Origin: a virus
Lineage: Duplodnaviria; Caudoviricetes
Direction: 5' to 3' (one strand)
DNA length: 64,000 bases
Virus record (IMG/VR): IMGVR_UViG_3300005239_000039
Coordinates: 17,625 to 81,624 of that record
In this document: in pieces, positions 20,949 to 30,526 of the stretch
Numbering within the stretch: the first letter of the stretch is position 1
How the letters are laid out: every line of letters starts with the position of its first letter
Made by a program: the position numbers and the translations under genes
Notes under the pieces: generated by a model
The model's input: only the letters and a program-made list of their open reading frames with translations
Told to the model about the DNA's origin: nothing
Database searches by the model: none

Positions 20949-21539
20949 ATGGCATCAAAAAATCAACAAAATCCTCCCGCATTAAGGACTATTTCCGATT
21001 TCAAGAATAAATTGCAGGGCGGCGGGGCCCGACCCAATTTATTTGAAGTTGTACTCGCATTCCCTGGAGATTTGAGTATTAGCAACAATGTCGTCAATGA
21101 AGCAAGATTTATGGTAAAGGCAGCTGCGCTGCCTGCATCAAATATTGCTCCTATTGATGTTGCTTTCCGTGGTCGTCTACTCAAAGTTGCTGGAGACAGA
21201 ACCTTTGATACCTGGACAATCACTGTTCTCAATGATACTGATTTTGGAATCAGAGGAGCATTTGAAAGATGGATGAATTCGATCAATCGTGTCACTGATG
21301 CGACTGGTGCAGTCAATCCTTCTGATTACCAAGCTGACGCTTTCGTATATCAACTAGATAGAGATGGAAGTGTACTTAGAAAGTACAAGTTCCATGATGT
21401 TTTCCCAACAAACATTTCTCAGATCGATCTATCATATGATTCCTCTGATACTCTAGAAGAATTTACTGTCGAACTACAAGTTCTATTCTGGACAGCAGCT
21501 GCTGATAATGCAGGTGGTGGCGCTGGAGACATTAACTAA
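20949..21539 (+). CDS. g19: Tail tube protein gp19
   Basis: GGARPNLFEV, FRGRLLKVAGDRTFDTWTITV, EEFTVELQV. Confidence 0.95.
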   Translation: MASKNQQNPPALRTISDFKNKLQGGGARPNLFEVVLAFPGDLSISNNVVNEARFMVKAAALPASNIAPIDVAFRGRLLKVAGDRTFDTWTITVLNDTDFGIRGAFERWMNSINRVTDATGAVNPSDYQADAFVYQLDRDGSVLRKYKFHDVFPTNISQIDLSYDSSDTLEEFTVELQVLFWTAAADNAGGGAGDIN

Positions 21540-21544
21540 GATCG

Positions 21545-21551
21545 CTAAATA
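21545..21551 (+). promoter_or_regulatory. Late promoter-like CTAAATA for g20
   Basis: 28 nt upstream of the portal ATG. Confidence 0.6.
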
Positions 21552-21579
21552 ATCTTAGTAAGACAGCAAATTTTATAAA

Positions 21580-23241
21580 ATGGCGAGACTTTTTGGATTC
21601 TCTATTGAAGATAACGAAAAAAAATCTAAAAGTATAGTGTCCCCTGTCCCCGTGAATAACGAGGATGGGGTTGATCATTATATTGCTAGTAATTTTTATG
21701 GTCAATATTTGGATTTAGAAGGTGTATATAAATCAGAGTTTGAATTAGTAAAAAGATATCGTGAAATGGCGCTTCATCCAGAAGCAGATACTGCGATTGA
21801 AGATGTTGTAAATGAAGCTATTGTCAGTGATCTCAATGACACTCCTGTTACTATCAATCTTGATAACCTTCCAGCTAGCGATGGTATTAAGAAAAGAATT
21901 AGAGAAGAATTTAAAGTAATCAAAGACTTAATGAACTTTGATGCTAAATCACATGAAATTTTTAGAAATTGGTATGTTGATGGAAGACTTTATTATCATA
22001 AAGTAATTGATATTAAAAAACCTGAAGAAGGCATTCAAGAACTAAGATATATTGATCCTCTTAAGATGAGGTATGTTCGTGAAGAAAAAAAATCTAAGCA
22101 AGATAATAATGGTAATGCAGTTTTTAGAAATCCAAACGGAATTGCTCAAAAGGAAGTAGTTCAGTTTCCTGAAATTGAAGAATACTTCATGTTTATGCCA
22201 AGACCAACTTATGCTGGTGGAATGGGTGATAGATATTCTGGAACAAAGGGAATTAAATTTTCTAAAGATTCAATCACATATTGCACGTCTGGTCTTGTAG
22301 ATAGAAACAAGGGTATAGTTCTTTCATATCTACACAAAGCAATCAAGTCACTCAATCAACTCAGAATGATTGAAGATTCTCTGGTCATCTATAGATTATC
22401 TAGAGCTCCAGAGCGTAGAATTTTCTACATTGATGTTGGTAATCTTCCTAAAATAAAAGCGGAACAATATCTAAAAGATGTAATGAACCGCTATCGTAAT
22501 AAGTTGGTTTACGATGCATCGACTGGAGAAGTTCGTGATGATCGTAAGCATATGAGTATGCTTGAAGATTTCTGGTTGCCTCGTAGAGAGGGTGGTCGTG
22601 GTACAGAAATTACCACACTTCCTGGTGGTCAAAATCTTGGAGAACTCAGTGATGTTGCTTATTTCCAAAAGAAACTATACAGATCATTAAGTGTACCTGA
22701 ATCCAGAATTGGTGCTGAGGGTGGATTTAATCTTGGTCGATCCAGTGAAATTTTGAGAGATGAACTCAAATTCTCTAAGTTTGTTGGTCGTTTAAGAAAG
22801 CGTTTCAGTAATATGTTTATTGATATGCTTAAGACTCAGTGTCTTTTAAAGAATATCTGTACACCCAAAGACTGGGTATCACTTGAAGAGCATATTCAAT
22901 TTGATTATATCTACGATAATCATTTTGCCGAACTTAAAGAAAAAGAATTATTGGAAGGTAGAATGAGTTCTGCTCAATTAGCAGAACCATTTCTTGGAAA
23001 ATATTATTCTGTTGAATATCTTCGCAGAAAAATTCTACATCAAACCGATGAAGAAATTATTGAAATTGATGAACAGATTCAAAAAGAAATTCTTAGTGGA
23101 ATTTTACCTGATCCAAATGCACCTGTAGATGAAATGGGAAATCCAATTCCACAGGATTCTACTGGAATGGGCGAGATTCCTATGGATGAAAATCCAGATG
23201 ATAGTGCATCCGAAGCCGATGGTCGAGCTGCTGAGATATAA
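21580..23241 (+). CDS. g20: Portal protein gp20
   Basis: YRLSRAPERRIFYIDVGNLPK, EDFWLPRREGGRGTEITTLPGGQNLG. Confidence 0.97.
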   Translation: MARLFGFSIEDNEKKSKSIVSPVPVNNEDGVDHYIASNFYGQYLDLEGVYKSEFELVKRYREMALHPEADTAIEDVVNEAIVSDLNDTPVTINLDNLPASDGIKKRIREEFKVIKDLMNFDAKSHEIFRNWYVDGRLYYHKVIDIKKPEEGIQELRYIDPLKMRYVREEKKSKQDNNGNAVFRNPNGIAQKEVVQFPEIEEYFMFMPRPTYAGGMGDRYSGTKGIKFSKDSITYCTSGLVDRNKGIVLSYLHKAIKSLNQLRMIEDSLVIYRLSRAPERRIFYIDVGNLPKIKAEQYLKDVMNRYRNKLVYDASTGEVRDDRKHMSMLEDFWLPRREGGRGTEITTLPGGQNLGELSDVAYFQKKLYRSLSVPESRIGAEGGFNLGRSSEILRDELKFSKFVGRLRKRFSNMFIDMLKTQCLLKNICTPKDWVSLEEHIQFDYIYDNHFAELKEKELLEGRMSSAQLAEPFLGKYYSVEYLRRKILHQTDEEIIEIDEQIQKEILSGILPDPNAPVDEMGNPIPQDSTGMGEIPMDENPDDSASEADGRAAEI

Positions 23242-23244
23242 ATA
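23237..23244 (+). promoter_or_regulatory. Late promoter TATAAATA
   Basis: Exact consensus overlapping the g20 stop. Confidence 0.8.
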
Positions 23245-23269
23245 GATTTAAGTTCTTATTTTATAATTC

Positions 23270-23461
23270 ATGGACAATATTGTCGATTTAATTGCTAGTG
23301 GTGCCAGTGCGGCACAAATTAGTGATGAAATTAAAGATGCTCTCTACGGTAAATCCGCAGAAAAAATTGATTCTCTCCGCCCTTTAGCCGCAGCATCATT
23401 GTTTGGCAAAGATCAAGAAGAAGTTGAATTTGATGCAACAACAGAAACTGGAGAAGAATAA
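23270..23461 (+). CDS. Small prohead core protein (gp67-like position)
   Basis: 63 aa, acidic C-terminus, between g20 and g21. Confidence 0.55.
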   Translation: MDNIVDLIASGASAAQISDEIKDALYGKSAEKIDSLRPLAAASLFGKDQEEVEFDATTETGEE

Positions 23462-23727
23462 TGGCAAGATCCCTTGTCTTAGGACCACAAACAAATTGCC
23501 CAACTAGTGTTGGAGCAGCATCTAGTTTCAGTTCAGCAACTGTTGTTCGCCTTTACAACAGTAATGCAGGTGATCAGTTAATTACCATTCTTGATGAAAA
23601 TTTTCAAGGTATTGGTTCTATGACTATGCCAACTGGAACTGTAGAATATGTCGAGAAAAAGCATAAGGATTTGATCCTAGCTGGATCTACTGATGTAAAA
23701 GGAACCAAAGTAGGATTCACCGCATAA
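23461..23727 (+). CDS. Conserved hypothetical protein upstream of g21
   Basis: 88 aa, translationally coupled (TAATG). Confidence 0.7.
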   Translation: MARSLVLGPQTNCPTSVGAASSFSSATVVRLYNSNAGDQLITILDENFQGIGSMTMPTGTVEYVEKKHKDLILAGSTDVKGTKVGFTA

Positions 23728-23731
23728 ACAA

Positions 23732-24382
23732 ATGAAACTTATTAGAGAAGAGATCGAACAGGTTGAAATTATCGTTGAGCAACGCAACGGTAAAAAGAAT
23801 CTGTATATTGAAGGAGTTTTCCTTCAGGGTAATATGCCCAATAGAAACAAGAGAATGTATGACTGCTCTCTTCTAGAAAGAGAAGTGGGACGATACAACG
23901 AAAACTTTGTATCTAAAGGCAGAGCTCTTGGAGAATTGGGACACCCTGATGGCCCTTCTATCAATCTTGATCGAGTTTCCCATAAGATTGTTTCTCTTCA
24001 AAGAGAAGGAAATAATTTTATTGGTAAGGCAAAAATTCTTTCTACCCCAATGGGTAAAATTGCCGAATCTCTTCTAAATGATGGTGTCAAACTCGGAGTT
24101 TCTTCTCGCGGAATTGGAACACTTTCTCCTACTAAAGAAGGATATAGTTTGGTTAATGATGACTTTGCTTTAGCAACTGCTGCTGATATTGTAGCGGATC
24201 CTTCCGCACCTGATGCTTTTGTTGACGGTATTATGGAAGGTAAAGATTGGGTTTGGGATGGAGGAATTCTCCGCGAAAAACTTGCAGAAAGAACCTACAA
24301 GCAAATTAATACTTTGGTTGATCAGAAAAAATTGGAAGAAAATAAAATTAATCTATTCCAAAATTTTCTATCAAGTTTATAA
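23732..24382 (+). CDS. g21: Prohead protease gp21
   Basis: ALGELGHP, LGVSSRGIG, DIVADPSAPDAFV. Confidence 0.95.
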   Translation: MKLIREEIEQVEIIVEQRNGKKNLYIEGVFLQGNMPNRNKRMYDCSLLEREVGRYNENFVSKGRALGELGHPDGPSINLDRVSHKIVSLQREGNNFIGKAKILSTPMGKIAESLLNDGVKLGVSSRGIGTLSPTKEGYSLVNDDFALATAADIVADPSAPDAFVDGIMEGKDWVWDGGILREKLAERTYKQINTLVDQKKLEENKINLFQNFLSSL

Positions 24383-24384
24383 TT

Positions 24385-24392
24385 TATAAATA
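24385..24392 (+). promoter_or_regulatory. Late promoter TATAAATA for g22-g23
   Basis: Exact consensus in the intergenic gap. Confidence 0.8.
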
Positions 24393-24437
24393 AGTATAGT
24401 CAACTTACCAATATAGATCTACTTTCGGAGAGTTTAA

Positions 24438-25397
24438 ATGTCCGCTAATTTACAAGAAATGGATAACGTCGTGAGCAAAGGCGCAGCTGCTCCAGCACCA
24501 ATGGTTGCTGGTGGAGCTCAAATCGAAGATCTCGGTGGTCCTACCCCAGAGAACTATCGTCCCGACGACGATTCCGCCAAACTAAAAGACCCTGCTGCTT
24601 CTATTAATGTAGCTCCTGCACCTCAAGGTAAAGGCGCAACTAAAAAAGAAGAAGTCGAAGCAGTGGAGAATACCATCGAAGAGGTCAACGTCGAAGAAGA
24701 TGTTGCCGCTCTATTCGCTGGTGAAGAACTCTCCGAAGAGTTCCAAGAAAAAGCAAAAACTGTGTTTGAAGCTGCCCTACACATGCGTGTCGAGCAAGTC
24801 AAAGCACAAGTCGAAGAGCAATCACAAGCAGCTCTTGCAGAACAACTAGAGGGCATGAAGTCCGAACTAGTTGAAAGAGTCGATTCCTACCTTGAGTATG
24901 TTTCTCAAGAATGGATCGAAGAAAATTCACTTCAGATCGAACATGGTCTGAAGACTGAGATGACCGAATCATTCCTTGAAGGAATGAAGGGTCTTTTTGA
25001 AGATCATTATGTATCAATCCCTGAAGATAAATATGATGTTGTTGAGAATATGGTAGAAAAACTTGATGACATGGAGACCAAGCTCAACGAGCAAATCGAG
25101 AGAAATATCCAACTGAATCGCAGACTTGGAGATACTACTGCTGAAGGAATCTTCGCATCAGTTTCTGAAGGTCTTGCTCTTACACAGAAGGAGAAACTCG
25201 CTTCTCTAGCAGAAGGTGTTGAGTTTGAGGGTGAAGAATCTTACCGTGATAAGTTAACGACTCTAAGAGAGTCATATTTTCCGTCAGAATCTGTCGTATC
25301 CGATACTACAGAAACTCTTTCTGAGGGTGTAGGCAGTGGTCCAGATTTTTCTGGTTCAATGTCCCGCTACTTAGAAACTCTCTCCAGAATTAAGTGA
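24438..25397 (+). CDS. g22: Prohead core scaffold gp22
   Basis: ELSEEFQEKAKTVFEAA, VDSYLEYV..EW, Glu-rich coiled coil. Confidence 0.92.
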   Translation: MSANLQEMDNVVSKGAAAPAPMVAGGAQIEDLGGPTPENYRPDDDSAKLKDPAASINVAPAPQGKGATKKEEVEAVENTIEEVNVEEDVAALFAGEELSEEFQEKAKTVFEAALHMRVEQVKAQVEEQSQAALAEQLEGMKSELVERVDSYLEYVSQEWIEENSLQIEHGLKTEMTESFLEGMKGLFEDHYVSIPEDKYDVVENMVEKLDDMETKLNEQIERNIQLNRRLGDTTAEGIFASVSEGLALTQKEKLASLAEGVEFEGEESYRDKLTTLRESYFPSESVVSDTTETLSEGVGSGPDFSGSMSRYLETLSRIK

Positions 25398-25447
25398 TCG
25401 TTAACATAGATCATTTATTGTAAAACCTTAAACGTAAAACTCCCAAA

Positions 25448-26869
25448 ATGTATAACAATCCCCAATTAATGGAGAAGTGGGCACCTCTCCTAGACTACGA
25501 AGGAAGTGATCCTATTAAGGACAACCATCGTAGAGCTGTAACAGCCCAACTACTTGAGAACCAAGAGCGTTTTCTAAACGAAGAGCGTGCTTTCTCTGAG
25601 GGTTATGACCTTCAAGAAGCAACCCCCACCAACTCATTCTCCACAGGTGGTGGTTCATTCTATCGTGGTTCTGGTGGTACTGACAGTGGTTCACCCACTG
25701 GTGGTTTCGATCCAGTACTAATCAGCCTCATCCGTCGCTCCATGCCCAACTTGGTCGCTTATGACCTTGCTGGCGTACAACCAATGAACGGTCCTACTGG
25801 ACTTATCTTCGCAATGCGTTCTCGCTACGAGAACATGACTGGAACCGAAGCTTTGTTCAACGAAGCAGATTCCGCATTCTCTGCACAGAACTCTGCAGGC
25901 ACTGCAACTCAGGGCGACTACACTGGTGGTACTGACGGCGCAGGTAACGTTGGTTTCGGTACAACCCTACAACGTGGTTCTAATCCTGGTGTTCTTGATC
26001 CTAATGCTGCTCCTGCAACATACGGAGTCGGTCAAGGCATGTCAGTCACCAACTCTGAAGCCCTAGGCGAGAGTGGAACTGACTTCAACCAGATGGCATT
26101 CTCAATCGAGAAAGTCACCGTAACCGCTAAGTCCAGAGCACTCAAGGCTGAGTACTCCTTGGAACTTGCACAAGACCTTAAGGCAATTCACGGCCTTAAT
26201 GCTGAAGCAGAACTTGCTAACATTCTCTCAACTGAAATCCTTGCGGAAATCAACAGAGAAGTTATCAGAACTATCTACAAGACTGCTGAAGCTGGTGCTC
26301 AACTCAACACCGCTACCGCTGGTCAGTTTGACCTTGACATCGACAGCAATGGTCGTTGGTCCGTTGAGAAGTTCAAAGGACTCCTCTTCCAGATCGAAAG
26401 AGATGCCAACCAGATTGCACAAAGAACTCGTAGAGGAAAGGGTAACATCATCCTAACTTCTGCTGATGTTGCTTCTGCTCTAACCATGGCTGGTGTACTT
26501 GATTACACCCCTGCACTTAACGCCAACCTTAACGTTGACGACGCTGGCAACACCTTTGCTGGTACTATCAACGGTAAGTATAAGGTCTACATCGATCCTT
26601 ATGCTTCAAACAATACTGCTCTTCAGTATTACGTTGTTGGTTATAAGGGTACTTCACCTTATGACGCAGGACTATTCTACTGCCCATACGTTCCTCTTCA
26701 GATGGTTCGTGCAGTTGGACAAGATACCTTCCAACCCAAAATTGGCTTTAAGACCCGCTACGGCATGGTCGCAAACCCATTCGCACAAGGAACTGATCAA
26801 GGCGTCGGTGCTATCAGCGCCGCATCTAACCGCTACTACAGAAGAGTTTCTGTTAAGAACCTTATGTGA
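25448..26869 (+). CDS. g23: Major capsid protein gp23
   Basis: DPVLISLIRRSMPNL.AYD..GVQPMNGPTGLIFAMR, SRALKAEYSLELAQDLKAIHG, FQPKIGFKTRYG. Confidence 0.98.
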   Translation: MYNNPQLMEKWAPLLDYEGSDPIKDNHRRAVTAQLLENQERFLNEERAFSEGYDLQEATPTNSFSTGGGSFYRGSGGTDSGSPTGGFDPVLISLIRRSMPNLVAYDLAGVQPMNGPTGLIFAMRSRYENMTGTEALFNEADSAFSAQNSAGTATQGDYTGGTDGAGNVGFGTTLQRGSNPGVLDPNAAPATYGVGQGMSVTNSEALGESGTDFNQMAFSIEKVTVTAKSRALKAEYSLELAQDLKAIHGLNAEAELANILSTEILAEINREVIRTIYKTAEAGAQLNTATAGQFDLDIDSNGRWSVEKFKGLLFQIERDANQIAQRTRRGKGNIILTSADVASALTMAGVLDYTPALNANLNVDDAGNTFAGTINGKYKVYIDPYASNNTALQYYVVGYKGTSPYDAGLFYCPYVPLQMVRAVGQDTFQPKIGFKTRYGMVANPFAQGTDQGVGAISAASNRYYRRVSVKNLM

Positions 26870-26892
26870 TCCATCAGGATACACAACTCTGG

Positions 26893-26917
26893 GACCTCCT
26901 TCGGGAGGTCTTTTTTT
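26893..26917 (+). terminator. Intrinsic terminator with cUUCGg tetraloop after g23
   Basis: GACCTCC-TTCG-GGAGGTC followed by T7. Confidence 0.9.
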
Positions 26918-26969
26918 ATGTCTAGGTATAAATTAGTAGGCAATAATTTTCATTGCATAAAGTTAGTTA

Positions 26970-26994
26970 AGTTAGCATATGCTGACTATATACT
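26970..26994 (+). promoter_or_regulatory. Imperfect 18-bp palindrome plus -10 (TATACT) upstream of a small ORF
   Basis: AGTTAGCAT|ATGCTGACT (one mismatch) at 26970-26987, TATACT at 26989-26994. Confidence 0.45.
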
Positions 26995-27064
26995 ACAGCA
27001 TTAGGAAGAAAAATATGATCTGAAAGTTCAAATATATTATGCCAGTTAAAACGGAGCTTGAAAA

Positions 27065-27238
27065 ATGCACAGTCTACTATCCAGATCTCAATTTGATGAA
27101 TGGAGACACCTCGAACAAACAGTAACTGACGTAGAAACGGAGGATCAAAAAATTAATGATTATTATGAATGTTTAATTGAATGTGATGTTGATGGTAAAC
27201 GTGAATGTAAAAGAATATGTAAGGAAATTCTTATGTGA
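27065..27238 (+). CDS. 57-aa protein with twin CX3C motif (not in the ORF track)
   Basis: GGAG 11 nt upstream. MHSLLSRSQFDEWRHLEQTVTDVETEDQKINDYYECLIECDVDGKRECKRICKEILM*. Flanked by terminators. Confidence 0.75.
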   Translation: MHSLLSRSQFDEWRHLEQTVTDVETEDQKINDYYECLIECDVDGKRECKRICKEILM

Positions 27239-27263
27239 TATGAGACATTTAGAGTAAAGAACA

Positions 27264-27287
27264 GGGACCTCAAGGGTCCCTTTTTTT
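27264..27287 (+). terminator. Intrinsic terminator
   Basis: GGGACC-TCAAG-GGTCCC followed by T7. Confidence 0.85.
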
Positions 27288-27289
27288 AT

Positions 27290-27296
27290 CTAAATA
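27290..27296 (+). promoter_or_regulatory. Late promoter-like CTAAATA for g3
   Basis: Directly after the terminator, 14 nt before the ATG. Confidence 0.6.
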
Positions 27297-27310
27297 CAAT
27301 TAAAACTCAT

Positions 27311-27859
27311 ATGACAGTCTCGCCATTTAGAACACAAATTCAAAATAGGAATTTTTTGACTCCAGGTGGGTTTGAGTTTTCTATTAAAAAGAATCCGAAG
27401 ATAACATTTTTTTCTCAAACAGTTAATATTCCACAAATTACTCTTAACACAGTAATTCAACCAACATATTTGAAGCAGATAGATGTTCCTGGAGATCAGC
27501 TTCAATATGATGATTTTATATTATCATTCTTAGTGGATGAGAATTTTGAAAATTATATGGTAATTCACAATTGGATGACTGGAATAGGATTTCCAAAGTC
27601 AACAAAACAGTTTGATGATTTTACAAAAAACCCCAATGGAACTGAGGATCTTGGACAACAGTTCTCTGATGGAACTCTTCTTGTTTTAAACAGCAGTTTC
27701 AGACCAAACTTTAAAGTAATGTTCAAAGATCTATTCCCCGTTAGTTTGACGGGATTGGATTTTAATACTAAACTGGAGAGTGAAGAGTTCTTTACGGCTC
27801 AAGTAACTTTCAAGTATACTCTTTACGAAGTAACCAATTTAAGTGGAACTAATTTATGA
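27311..27859 (+). CDS. g3: Tail tube terminator / tail completion gp3
   Basis: NRNFLTP.GF.F, VPGDQLQY, FLVDENFENY..IHNW, FKDLFPVSL. Confidence 0.88.
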   Translation: MTVSPFRTQIQNRNFLTPGGFEFSIKKNPKITFFSQTVNIPQITLNTVIQPTYLKQIDVPGDQLQYDDFILSFLVDENFENYMVIHNWMTGIGFPKSTKQFDDFTKNPNGTEDLGQQFSDGTLLVLNSSFRPNFKVMFKDLFPVSLTGLDFNTKLESEEFFTAQVTFKYTLYEVTNLSGTNL

Positions 27860-28284
27860 ATCTTGATGACATTCAGAATATGTGGACCCGTGATTCTGTA
27901 ATAGATAAAGACGATCTAGCAAACGAATCACTAAAAACTTCACAACTTCATGCCAAATATTATGAAGTATACAATACAATATTACTGTTAAGGGAAAGAG
28001 CTAAAGAAACATATAGTAGAATTTATCTAGAAAGACACGTTTATTATACTGGAAAGGCAGATCCCGATGTATATGAAGAAGAACCTTTCCCATATAAAGT
28101 GAGAGATAAAGAGGCGTTAAATAGATATATGAGTGCAGATAGCAAAGTAAGTCAGATTGAATTGAAAATTAGATACTATGATACGATGCTTAAATATCTT
28201 GAGGAAATTATCAAATCTTTGTCAAATAGAAATTATGCTATCAAAAATGCAATTGATTGGATGAAATTTCAAGCAGGAATGTAA
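27856..28284 (+). CDS. uvsY: Recombination mediator UvsY
   Basis: DSVIDKDDL.NES.....LHAKY, YYTGKA, IKNAIDWMKF. Between g3 and uvsW. Confidence 0.9.
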   Translation: MNLDDIQNMWTRDSVIDKDDLANESLKTSQLHAKYYEVYNTILLLRERAKETYSRIYLERHVYYTGKADPDVYEEEPFPYKVRDKEALNRYMSADSKVSQIELKIRYYDTMLKYLEEIIKSLSNRNYAIKNAIDWMKFQAGM

Positions 28285-28466
28285 TGGACAATGAATACTA
28301 TCAAATCGAATTAAATATTCGAGGAATTAGACTCATTCATGAAGGCCTTCGACAGGCAGTTCAAAAATGGTCTGGTGGAGATCCAGCAGAACAAATAAAC
28401 TTGATTGCAATGAGAGATAATTTTTACAGACTTATTTTAGAAGATCAGTTCAATTTGGAAGACTAA
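28284..28466 (+). CDS. Hypothetical protein (60 aa)
   Basis: ATG overlaps the uvsY stop. Confidence 0.7.
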   Translation: MDNEYYQIELNIRGIRLIHEGLRQAVQKWSGGDPAEQINLIAMRDNFYRLILEDQFNLED

Positions 28467-28492
28467 ATATTTTTAGGTGATAACTTGATTAT

Positions 28493-29956
28493 ATGTCTGA
28501 ATTGATTATTTCAAAGAAGAATGAAGTATATCTCAGAATAAAAACAGAACCACACATTAGACACGAATTATCTGATCAATTTACTTTCGATGTTGAGGGG
28601 GCAAAGTATATGCCCCAATATCGTAATAAATGGTGGGATGGAAAAATACGATTATTCAATATCCAGACAGGAGAACTTTACATTGGTCTCTTAGATAAGT
28701 TATTGAGATTTTGTGATGATCACGGATACAAATATAAATTTGAAGAAAACAAATATTACGGCCATCCGATTGACTTGAATCAGATGATCTCCTATGAGGG
28801 GGTCAGAGACTACATGACCCACATATCTATACACAAACCTAGAGAGTATCAAATACAAGCGGTCTACGACGCTCTGAAGTGCAATAGAAGACTCATAGTA
28901 TCTCCTACTGGATCTGGAAAATCTCTGATGATCTATTCCGTAGTTAGATATTATGTTGAAAAAGGAAAAGATACTTTAATCATCGTTCCAACTACATCAC
29001 TTGTGGAACAAATGTATAAAGATTTTGCTGACTATGGATGGGACGTTGGATCCTATTGCCATAAAATTTATGGTGGTAGAGAAAGAGAAACTAAAAACCA
29101 AGTTATCATCACTACTTGGCAATCTATTTACAAACTTGAAAAGAAATATTTTGACAGATTTGAAGTTGTAGTCGGAGATGAGGCTCACCTATTTAAATCA
29201 AAATCCTTAGTCAGCATTATGACTAAATTATATGATGCCAAATATAGGTTTGGATTTACTGGAACTCTTGATGGTAGTCAAACTCACAAATGGATTTTAG
29301 AAGGTCTTTTCGGTCCATCATATTCAACTATCAAAACAAAAGAACTTATCAAAGAAAAACATTTATCTGATTTAGATGTAAAAATTATTGCTCTCAAACA
29401 TAAACCAAGATTATTTGATAGCTATCAAGAAGAAATTCGTTATCTATGCGAAAGTCCACAAAGAAATAGATTTATTAAAAACTTAACGTTGGTTCAGAAA
29501 GGAAATACTTTGGTGTTGTTTACCCGAGTAGAAACTCATGGTGAACCATTATTTGATATGATAAATAATTCTGTCAAAGGCAATAGAAAAGTTTTCTTTG
29601 TCTATGGCGGCGTAGAAACAGAAGATAGAGAAGAGATTCGCAGAATTACTGAGGATGAAAAGGATGCAATTATTGTTGCATCATATGGAACATTCTCTAC
29701 TGGAATCAATATTAAAAATTTGCATAATGTGATATTTGCATCACCTTCAAAATCAAGAGTAAGAAATCTTCAGTCAATTGGAAGGGTTCTTAGAAAAAGC
29801 GAAAATAAAACCAAAGCTACTCTCTTTGATATTGCAGATGATATAACTTTCAACAAGAGAAGAAACTATACTCTTAATCACCTAGTAGAAAGAATCAAAA
29901 TATATAAAGAAGAAAAATTTAATTATGAAGTTATAAACGTCGCGTTGTCTCAATGA
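28493..29956 (+). CDS. uvsW: SF2 helicase UvsW
   Basis: SPTGSGKS, GDEAH, GFTGT, QSIGRVLR. CTAAATA at 28463-28469 upstream. Confidence 0.95.
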   Translation: MSELIISKKNEVYLRIKTEPHIRHELSDQFTFDVEGAKYMPQYRNKWWDGKIRLFNIQTGELYIGLLDKLLRFCDDHGYKYKFEENKYYGHPIDLNQMISYEGVRDYMTHISIHKPREYQIQAVYDALKCNRRLIVSPTGSGKSLMIYSVVRYYVEKGKDTLIIVPTTSLVEQMYKDFADYGWDVGSYCHKIYGGRERETKNQVIITTWQSIYKLEKKYFDRFEVVVGDEAHLFKSKSLVSIMTKLYDAKYRFGFTGTLDGSQTHKWILEGLFGPSYSTIKTKELIKEKHLSDLDVKIIALKHKPRLFDSYQEEIRYLCESPQRNRFIKNLTLVQKGNTLVLFTRVETHGEPLFDMINNSVKGNRKVFFVYGGVETEDREEIRRITEDEKDAIIVASYGTFSTGINIKNLHNVIFASPSKSRVRNLQSIGRVLRKSENKTKATLFDIADDITFNKRRNYTLNHLVERIKIYKEEKFNYEVINVALSQ

Positions 29957-30417
29957 ATTCAGATCTAGAAAGAGAATTCTATTGCACCTTAAAACTAGTC
30001 TCTGGTGAAGAAATTGTATCTCTAATAATGGTAGATGATACTGATGCCTTAGATCCTTTGATTATTTTACAAGAACCAATAGTAATACAATACAGTACAC
30101 AAGGTGCATTTTCTCAAATAAAATTAGAGCCTTGGTTAAAAACTACTGAAGAAGATATATTTTTTATTAGATTATCTAAAGTTATAACAATGACTGAGAT
30201 TTATGATATAGATCTAATTAATTTGTATACAGATTTTAATGATCAAAAAAATGAGTTAAAAGAAGAAAGAGAAGAACCAGAAGATTTAATTGACAAATCT
30301 CAAGCAGAAAAAAAGATAAGTAAGAAGATGGGATTTTTAGGATCAATCAGTGACACTAAGAAATCTCTAGAGGAATTATTTAAAAAAGATATTAAAGATA
30401 ATACTAAAGAGCTCTAA
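29953..30417 (+). CDS. Conserved hypothetical protein (Sm-like N-terminus)
   Basis: LKLVSGEEIVS motif. Standard position between uvsW and g55. Confidence 0.7.
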   Translation: MNSDLEREFYCTLKLVSGEEIVSLIMVDDTDALDPLIILQEPIVIQYSTQGAFSQIKLEPWLKTTEEDIFFIRLSKVITMTEIYDIDLINLYTDFNDQKNELKEEREEPEDLIDKSQAEKKISKKMGFLGSISDTKKSLEELFKKDIKDNTKEL

Positions 30418-30442
30418 TGACTTTTCATCCTGGACAAGCCAG

Positions 30443-30471
30443 ATTGTACATGATTTTGGGACCTTTGTCAA
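30443..30471 (-). promoter_or_regulatory. Antisense sigma70-type promoter TTGACA-N17-TACAAT
   Basis: The minus strand reads ttgaca aaggtcccaaaatcatg tacaat. Confidence 0.6.
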
Positions 30472-30473
30472 GT

Positions 30474-30502
30474 TTGACAAGTCATGTCATATATGATATA
30501 AT
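30474..30502 (+). promoter_or_regulatory. sigma70-type promoter TTGACA-N17-TATAAT for g55
   Basis: Perfect consensus with TGn extended -10. Confidence 0.9.
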
Positions 30503-30526
30503 CTTATCAAGCATCACTCATAGATA

